Origin: an uncultured Hormoscilla sp.
GTDB lineage: Bacteria > Cyanobacteriota > Cyanobacteriia > Cyanobacteriales > Desertifilaceae
DNA: 64,000 nt
Direction: 5' to 3'
NCBI GenBank assembly: GCA_963921275.4
Contig: OZ001293.3
Location: forward strand, 1,856,001 to 1,920,000
In this document: positions 56,110 through 64,000 of the stretch, piece after piece
How positions within the stretch are numbered: position 1 is the stretch's first letter
Layout of the letters: every line of letters begins with the position of its first letter
Notes under the pieces: model-generated
Told to the model about the DNA's origin: nothing
The model's input: only the letters and a program-made list of their open reading frames with translations
The model's database searches: none
Translations under genes and position numbers: made by a program

Positions 56110-57777
56110 ATGCAAGCTGGAACCACCCCGAAAATAAGTCAACGCAATGGGCATAAGCCGACGAACCTGAGTTTATACCCAACTCAGGTTCTGGAGAAAA
56201 ATGAAGAGTTCGACCCGAAACAGATACCAGTCGCTTTACGTAATACTGCAAAGACAGCTGGGCTCCAGTCCTGCAGAAGCATTCGCAGCCTCAGCCCTGA
56301 GTGAGTCAGGGCGCTATCAGAGCTTACTCAACCAGTTGCTAGAAATCGAAACAGAGATAGCCGCAGAATCAGTGCGATTTCAGCCAGATAGCCCCAATAT
56401 AGAAGTGCTGCTAGAGAAGCGGGACTAGAGAAGCGGGAAAGGTTGTTACCGCTGATAAATAGGGAATCTGAAAGCATTCTGGGACCTCAGCAGTCGTCTG
56501 GTACGGCTAGAAATCTGGCACCGATTGCGGTAGCACTGAGCAAGCAATTGGTGCAAACGACTAACCAGTTGCAAGTGTTGCAGGTGCGATTGGGAGCCCT
56601 AGAGCAGGTAGAAAAAAGTCTCAAGGAAGAATTTAGCCTTATTCCGGCCTTGGCACGACAGTACACAGATTTACAGCGAAAATTAGTATTCGCCAATAAC
56701 AGTCTGGATCGATTCCTCGCAACCAGGGAAACCTTGCAGATAGAAGCGGCTCAGAAAGCAATTTCCTGGCGAGTGATCAGCAAACCTTTTGAGCCAACAG
56801 GAACGATCTCGCCCAATATACCCAGGAACATGGCCTTAGGCGCGATCGCGGGGTTGCTATTGGGGATAGGAGCTGCATTGCTGAGTGAGCAGCTGGACAA
56901 CGCATTCCATTCTCCTAACGAAATCAAAGAACTGACAGGACTGCCACTTTTGGGGACGATCCCATTCAAGCGGCGACTCCAACAATTCACCAAATCCCTA
57001 GGTAGCGGCTATAAAGCAAATCCCCAGAATTGGGAAATAGGCAATGGCAGCGTTATTACCCGATCAGGCTTCGGAGGACAACAGACTCAATTAACAAATG
57101 TCAACAGGAAGCATAATTACGGTTCATCACCATTTTTAGAAGCATTCCGCACGCTGTATACCAATATTCGCTTTCTCAGTTTGGATACACCCATCCGTTC
57201 CTTAGCGATCAGCTCCTGTTTACCAGCAGAAGGCAAATTCACAGTAGCGCTATTTCTAGCCAGATCGGCGGCGGCAATGGGTCAGCGGGTATTATTAGTA
57301 GACTCAGACATACGTAATCCTCAAATACATGAGAGGATGGGCTTACCGAATATCCGGGGTCTGAGTAATGTGATTACCACAGAGATAGACCCCAATGAAG
57401 TAATTCAGCGATCGCCCTTGGACGAAAACCTGTTTGTGCTCACAGCAGGTCAGATACCGCCAGACCCGATCAAGATCCTCTCGTCGAGAAAGATGCAAAA
57501 CCTAGTCGAGCAATTCCAAAACGCCTTCGACTTAACCATCTACGACACCCCACCCAGTCTCGGATTAGCAGACGGCAGCATACTAGCTACCCGTGCCGAT
57601 GGCATGGTTCTGGTGATAGGAATGGATAAAACCAGTCGTTCCGAGCTGAACCAAGTATTAGATAACCTGAAAATCTCCGACGTTTCAGTCTTAGGAATGA
57701 TTGCTAACGGTGTTAAAGGACAGACAAGCGGAGCGGATTACTATTATCGGTACTACAGTCCTCACCGAGACTCTTAA
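56110..57777 (+). pseudogene. Wzc-type polysaccharide co-polymerase / tyrosine kinase, internally deleted and frameshifted
   Basis: EAFRTLYTNI, AEGKF (altered Walker A), DTPP, C-terminal Tyr cluster; 14-bp tandem duplication CTAGAGAAGCGGGA at 56411-56438. Confidence 0.85.
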
Positions 57778-57950
57778 AGCTATAATTGAATTGCATTTGT
57801 TAATGTATTTCATCTTGAATCCAGAAACCCGGTTTTTTCACCGGGTTTCTGGGCAGTGAATATGCTCAGAACTTTATCTCAAGTTTCCAAGTCAGGCTTG
57901 ACTAGATAATAGCGATGCGATCGCCATTGATATCATTTGCGATCGACAAT

Positions 57951-58150
57951 CTACCAATGTAGGAGGACTTTAGACAAATAGCTGGCGTTCAAAACCACCC
58001 AATACTTTTGAGCAATAATCTCGGCAGTAAAATTTGACTGCAGATAACTGCGACCATTTCTGCCCAGCATATCTGTAAGCTGGGAGTCCGAAGCCAAGCG
58101 TAGAATAAAATCAGCCAAACCAGAGCCATCCCCATTATCGAAAGCCTCAC
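57951..58150 (-). pseudogene. Glycosyltransferase C-terminal fragment
   Basis: CGEAFDNGD...LA..I..L...LGRNGRSY...FT GT4-like tail fused to the preceding gene. Confidence 0.6.
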
Positions 58151-58872
58151 CGCAGCACAAAAACGGGCGTCTGTTGTTCGCGAACCAAAGTCACGATCGC
58201 CTTTAACAGCTGCATATTTTGCTCGAACTGCTGGTTGGGATCTATGGACGCAGCCGGAATCTCCGATGTGGGTGAATTGAGCTTTAATTTCCCGGCGATT
58301 CTCGGCCATGCATAGCGCGTCCAAGCTTCTTGGATTGCCAGTATTGGCCGTTGGTTGGGAAAATGGAGCGAGCCAACAGCATCACTGGTGCTGGTAGGCT
58401 GGAGCAGATCGTGGGTGCCAATTTGGATAATGACAGCATCGCTGCCAAAAGTCCCGAATTTCCGCAAATATCCTAATTGATTGCTAATCCCCCAAGAACC
58501 CGCAGAGGCGTTGAGGACTTCTGCCTGATGTCCAGATGCTGATAATTTATTCTTAAATAGTTCTGTAATCGTGCGAGGCTGATCCGTAGGATTGCCGCCA
58601 TTGAGTACAGAGTCACCGGTCATCAAAATTCTTATAGTTCCTGGAGCCTTTTGGGGGGCGATCGGCTCCGATCTTTGAGAATATTGATTATACTCTATTT
58701 TTCTACCAAAGCGCCAAACTTTCTGGTTCGCTTGAAACCGATAGCCCGAGTTGGGGTCAGCTTGAACGAGAACGGGGTTTCCTAATCCGAAAGCTAGTCG
58801 CAGGCTTAATTCGGTCGCTGCCAATACCGCTATTATACCACCTGCTACTTTATATTTTCCTGACCATTTCAT
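58147..58872 (-). CDS. SGNH/GDSL hydrolase family protein, 3'-truncated
   Basis: RILMTGDSV, VLNASAGSWG, IGTHDL; lacks the DxxH block. Confidence 0.8.
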   Translation of the reverse strand: MKWSGKYKVAGGIIAVLAATELSLRLAFGLGNPVLVQADPNSGYRFQANQKVWRFGRKIEYNQYSQRSEPIAPQKAPGTIRILMTGDSVLNGGNPTDQPRTITELFKNKLSASGHQAEVLNASAGSWGISNQLGYLRKFGTFGSDAVIIQIGTHDLLQPTSTSDAVGSLHFPNQRPILAIQEAWTRYAWPRIAGKLKLNSPTSEIPAASIDPNQQFEQNMQLLKAIVTLVREQQTPVFVLR

Positions 58873-59449
58873 CTCTCAGATTCTCTGGGCTTGATTCCTT
58901 CGATACAAACTGAATCTGCATGTCTAATTTCTTTCTCAACTGCTGCAAATCGCGGGTCAGACCATTCCCTATAATTGCACCTACGAATATTAATAAAACC
59001 CTGTTTAGCCAAAGCATTTTTCAGGGATGGTTCGTCCCACATCCATTGGTGTCTGTGGTTGGAGAATGCGTCCCGAAGTCGGTGATAAAAACTGCGGCGG
59101 CTTCCTGTCCGATCCATGAATGATGCATAAAATCAGTGGCAGCTTTGGTTGCTAACTCCTTGTCAGACCTATTCTTGATGTAGGCTTCTATATATTTTTC
59201 TAGGTCAGGAACAATTATTCTTAATATGCCTCCAGGTTTTAAGTATAAATAAACCTTTTCTAAGGCAACATAAAAGTCAGCAATAATCAAGTGTTCAAAA
59301 ACATGTGAGGCATACAGTAGGGTACAACTACCGGGAGCAATGCTCAGACCTTTTAGTAGATCGCCACACTTGGCTTCTTTTGACCAGTTTTGTCCCCCTA
59401 TCATAGATACTAATGGTCGTCCAATCAGCGGAATTTTTGATATTTTCAA
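58869..59449 (-). pseudogene. SAM-dependent methyltransferase, truncated and frameshifted
   Basis: YASHVFEH, LKPGGILRIIVPD; HQWMWD in a second frame. Confidence 0.78.
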
Positions 59450-60162
59450 ACTGGTGCCTCAATCAGCAGATCGGGACGCTTTTTATAATGCAGGCGAGAG
59501 AGAAACAGCACCACTGGCGTTTCTGGAGCTATGTTGTAGATTTGGCGTAGCTTCTGTGGAGCATCTGGCAATTCAATCTGCGGATCCACCCCAAAGGCAG
59601 GGTTATGGTGGGAGCAGTGATGCCAAGGTTACCCACGTCTTCTGCTTCACCGGCAGATGTACAATGGACTGCTGCGGCATGATTTAGATTATGGCGCTCT
59701 ACGATTAAGGTATATAGTTGTTTTTTCCGCCTACTCTGGGCTAATGCCCAAGGCGCGAGTTGTCCCATAGTACGGACCGTGTAGGGAACTTTTTGCCAGC
59801 GGGCGATCGCCCCTGCACAGGTAGAAGCATAGGAAAACAGATAGTGGTTGTCCAGAATGTCATAGTCTCGTATATGTTGCCACAGCCAGCGAGTGAGAGC
59901 AACAGAAAAGAGAAAGCCTCTATCTCTCCCCCCTTTGCTGGGTGGAGAAAACAGAGGTAAAAACCAGACTGGCACTCCCTGATACTCCGTGCGCTGGTTT
60001 AATGGCACATCTAGCAGTTGATCGTTTTCAGCTCCATTATCGTGTGGTGGCAATTTCAGCGTCAACCCCACATTCCCTCAATGTTTTCACCAGATTTAGG
60101 GCTACTTTAGTGGGGCCCCCGCGACTGGGAGATAGGGAAGGGATAACATGCAGGACTTTCAC
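59450..60162 (-). pseudogene. GT4 glycosyltransferase, N-terminal half, frameshifted
   Basis: [35 protein letters not shown]. Confidence 0.8.
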
Positions 60163-61325
60163 TCACTACCTCCCATCAGATAGTTTTGCATTATTTCCGC
60201 TAAGGTTTGCTGAAAACGCTTCCTACCAAAAATATCAATAACTTGCTGCCGCAAGGCTTCAGGCTGATACATGATAGGATTGGCATAGGTGCCCTGTAAT
60301 ATCTGAATGATGGTTTGGGCGATCGCGCCTACATCATCTGGATTAACCAAAGCCCCCAGCTTACCATGACACAGGGCATCAATGGCCCCATCCTGGTTTC
60401 CTCCCAAAGTTGGTTTACCGCAGGCTAAGGCTTCCAGATACACAATACCAAATCCTTCTCCTTTGCTGGGCATGGCAAATACATCACATAAATTGTAGTG
60501 GTCGCAGAGTTCTGAGTCTGGAATAAAGCCAGCTAAGATGACGTGATGTGGCAAATTGAGTTGTTGAATCAGTTGTTCCACGCCGATCGTCCCCTTTCCC
60601 CACTATCAGATAGTACACCTGGGGAAGATTTTCTATTATAGTCGGTAACGCTCTGAGTACGCGGTCATAGCCTTTATATTGCTCTTGACTATCCAGACGC
60701 CCTACAGTTAATATAATCTTTTGATCGGGAGATAAACTATAGCGTTTCAGTAAGTATAGGGGTTTGGGGGAAATTTGAAAGCGATCGCGATCGAATGTGT
60801 TGGGCAGCAGTAATACTTTTTTTGGATCTAGATGTTGTTCTTGAAGGAGGCGATCTCGAGTGTAGCTGCTGACAGCAAGAATGCGATCTGCATTCTTGAG
60901 GGCTTTCTGTAAGGCGGGACGCTGAGTGTTCCAGCCTTCTACCCCGTGGGCGCGATCGCCCAGTAGGGAATCCCCCTCAAGCGTTTGAGCCAGTAAGCCG
61001 CTTCTGTAAAATTAAGATGAGTGGCAATGACTAAACTCGGATGCCTCCAGATCCCATATCCCAGCAGTTTAGCAGCGAATGTTGGCGTTCGTAAACTATG
61101 AGGGTAACGACCAGCAAAGTGAAATCGGGTATGGTTTAAAAAAGTCAAATTTGGTGACTTATCCGTATCATGCTTGAGAAAAACCTCATAATTACTATTT
61201 GGGTATAAACTCTGTAATGCTTGGAGTAAAAATGCCGAATATACTTGAATTCCCCCTTTAAATCCAAATCTATTAGGAAACCACAAGTGAAAATCAGTTT
61301 GTTTTGAAGGGCTTTTATCTGGCAC
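60159..61325 (-). pseudogene. GT4 glycosyltransferase, two frameshifts
   Basis: KGGIQVYS; ILTVGRL...YKGYD; EGFGIVYLEALACGKP. Confidence 0.85.
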
Positions 61326-61598
61326 TGATGCCTTCCCCCCTTACATTATTCTTAATATCTTTTTCTTGACAAACATCTTCGTCGATCTGGGTAACATCCT
61401 CGATAATACTCTGCGAACTGCTAGTTCCGTTTCATTCCAATACCGCTCGATCGCATTTATATCTTCCTCCTCTATCTCTAATATCCGTTTATGTTTAAAA
61501 ATCGAATAAAGGGCGCAATCACTTAAATCTTTTTCTTGGAATGATTGGGGCTTTCTTGCTTTTATAAACACCCCTGGTTGTTCCGGATCTTTGTCTAA

Positions 61599-61730
61599 GA
61601 GGCTGTTTGAAAAGTACTTTTTGGTACCTCAAGGCGACCTGGAGCACCTATACTGAGTTGCTGAAAGCCTAATTATTGCGTTGAATATAAGTATGGTCAA
61701 AGTAGCAACTCTGACTTTTAAAACAACCTC
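61599..61730. mobile_element. 132-bp MITE with 17-bp TIRs and TAA duplication
   Basis: TAA|GAGGCTGTTTGAAAAGT ... ACTTTTAAAACAACCTC|TAA. Confidence 0.85.
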
Positions 61731-61883
61731 TAAGACTTCTATAATCATATCTGCAAATGTCACTTCCATGTCCGAGACTTGATAGCGCCAGTAATCTGCT
61801 GACGCACTGTGATAAGCAAACCCTATGGATTCGTCGTGATCAGCAAAACACCATCAGGTTTCAAAATATTCTTAAAGTTGCTA

Positions 61884-62756
61884 GGGCGTGTCATCAATTA
61901 AGCCATATTACAGCTGCCGCGAGGTAGATGGCACCCAAGAAATTGCGAGCCGTTTTATCGTAGCGTGTCGCCAGAGCCCTGTATTGCTTGAGTTTTTGGA
62001 ATAGATTTTCAATTAGATGCCGCCACTTGTACATTTCTTCATCGTATTCTCTGTGTTCTGTGCGGTTACTTTTTGGAGGAATGACAGCCATCCAATCCGC
62101 CTCTTTCAGGCGCTCGAGCACACGTTGTTCCGCATCATAGGCTTTATCTGCAAGCAGCGCGCCAATCTCACCGATTTTATCCAATAGCACGTCAGCGCCT
62201 TTCCCGTCGTGGGCTTGGCCAGGGGTAAGATGAAATCCTGTGGGATTGCCTTGGGCAATCGCAAGTGGCATGAATCTTTGTCGATAGTCCCCCTTTACTA
62301 CGGCCTATGGCTTGGGTTTCGCACGTATCTGAGGGTGTTTTTTTTTGCACCCGCACGCTCGTTGATGGGCACGCAGGATGGTGGCATCAATCGCGGCGTA
62401 TTCGTTATCGGCGTCTGAGGCCAAGACATCGAATACCTGCTTCCAAACTCCCTTTTCAGACCAACGGGTATGGCGGGTATGAACAACCCGAAAATCCCCA
62501 AAACACTCCGGTAAATCCCGCCAGGGAATGCCAGCACGATATCGATATAACACGGCAGAACACGAATAATCTATTGTTCTTGGCTGTAGCGCCTGGGTCA
62601 CCCTCTTTACCAGGTAAAAGGTGTTCGATCCGTTCCCACTGGTCGTCTCGCAAGCCATAGCGTCTCATATCATGCCCTCTTGATTGTTATTGCTGGATAA
62701 GGACTCCATACCGTATCCATCTACTTCTGTCAAGCAATTTGATTGATGACACACCC
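61884..62756 (-). mobile_element. IS5-family element, 873 bp, same as 38723-39595
   Basis: Identical ORF-track translations, TIRs and TA TSD. Confidence 0.95.
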
Positions 62757-62882
62757 TAATAACTTGGCGCCAATTCTTAACGTGTTCTATCACCTCTGTA
62801 CAAATCAGTAGGTCAAATTTTTCCGCACCATAATGGGTAAGTAAATCTTCAGCTGCGCGCACGCTACGCGAACGAGCAGAAG

Positions 62883-63595
62883 ATGGAAAGATACTATAGG
62901 TCCTTGTCCGAAAAAGACCGCAGGCGCTATGCGGCTATCGAAGCGCTCAAGCTGGGTCACGGCGGTATCAGCTACATCTGCTTAGTGCTGGGCTGTCATG
63001 CTCACACTATTCGGCGAGGGATGGAAGAACTATCTTCTGAGCAGGCTATGAGTGATGAGCGCATCCGTCAGCCTGGAGGTGGACGTAAAAGGGCCACCGA
63101 TCAAATAGAGGGATACTTTGCATTTTTGCGTGTTATAGAGAGCCATACAGCAGGTTCACGCCCTGGATGAGTCGGCGGTGTCTGGAGCGTGCCGAGTCCT
63201 TCAGGACAAGAGCACGCGGAAGACGCAGATAAAATGGACGCATCCGCCCTTCATACGCCGACAATTTGTTGCTTGATGCTGGGATTTCAGTTAGTGTCAC
63301 GGTAGTAGATCAATTGCTAGAAAAATACAACTTCCGTCGTCCTAAGGTCTTCAAGACCAAAGCCACTGGGGAGCATAAAGAGCGCGGCCCGAGCAATTTA
63401 AGAATATAGACTCTCTTGTGGAGAGCTATCAAAATGCTGGAAATCCAGTAATAAGTATGGACACAAAAAAAAGAGTTTATAGGTCAACTATATCGTGATG
63501 GGCTCTGCTTAACCCAAGAGAGAATCAATGTTTACGACCATGACTGGCCATCTCTGGCTCAAGGCAAGATAATTACCCATGGTTTATACGATCTC
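62883..63595 (+). mobile_element. ISAzo13-family transposase remnant
   Basis: [40 protein letters not shown]; frameshifts and a palindromic insert at 63177-63229. Confidence 0.85.
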
Positions 63596-64000
63596 AACTA
63601 CAAGGAGGGCTGCTAAGGCAATCTCCAAAGCGCGAACACCATCTTCAAGGGATATTAATGGAGTCGCTTTGCCTTCAATGCATTCCAGAAAATGGCGCAT
63701 TTCATCTAGAAACATTGTATTTCGTTGAGAGTTCTGTGGTGCTGGGATACTCTCCCATTGCTGCTCAGTTGTTTGGTATAACTCCACCTGACTAGTCGCC
63801 TGATCCCAACTAATGGTGCCGCCTTCGCCTGCAATGTGCAAACGGTGGGACGGCGGACGTTGTATGTAGTCTAGATGTACGGTAGCGATCACCCCTGAGT
63901 CAAAGGTTAGCTGAATATCGGCCATATCTTCTACATCTAACTCCAAGATGCCGCCCTGTTGCGTAGTTGCCATGACTGTTGTTACCTCACCAAATAACCA
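63584..64000 (-). CDS. Gfo/Idh/MocA oxidoreductase, C-terminal part
   Basis: DVEDMA....VHLDYIQRPP...GEGGTI.WD...EMRHFLECI...LEDG. Confidence 0.8.
   Translation of the reverse strand, partial: WLFGEVTTVMATTQQGGILELDVEDMADIQLTFDSGVIATVHLDYIQRPPSHRLHIAGEGGTISWDQATSQVELYQTTEQQWESIPAPQNSQRNTMFLDEMRHFLECIEGKATPLISLEDGVRALEIALAALLVVEIV

Larger units (their letters stand above)
61341..62862 (-). pseudogene. SAM-dependent methyltransferase split by IS5 and a MITE
   Basis: [29 protein letters not shown]...DYWRY...EVL|DKDPEQPGVFIKARKP after removing the inserts. Confidence 0.82.

Overview
Chromosomal segment of a filamentous cyanobacterium (dense HIP1 GCGATCGC, flv1/flv3, many Uma2 and toxin-antitoxin genes) that is visibly decaying, with many frameshifted, nonsense-bearing, truncated or IS-interrupted genes. 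A host-associated lifestyle is inferred, not shown. It holds three giant secreted or adhesin-type genes (two SBBP/Calx-beta-like/RTX, one Gly-rich plus 18 cadherin-like repeats), housekeeping genes (radical SAM, cutA, flv3, flv1, mrdA, rhomboid, pilB-like, hrcA), ISL3/IS5/ISAzo13 elements, MITEs and a broken exopolysaccharide locus. Two hidden layers stand out. (1) Three related ORF-less group II introns (2488-3322, 19835-20768, 50717-51474), each with a different EBS1 matching its own 5' exon. Splicing two of them restores reading frames, including an unannotated 124-aa secreted protein. (2) A family of modular, nested palindromic mini-elements of 24, 42, 66, 81 and 90 nt (all multiples of 3) that insert into each other, into HIP1 and in frame into genes, with empty/filled site pairs visible in the window. 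No CRISPR array, tRNA, rRNA or RT ORF was seen.
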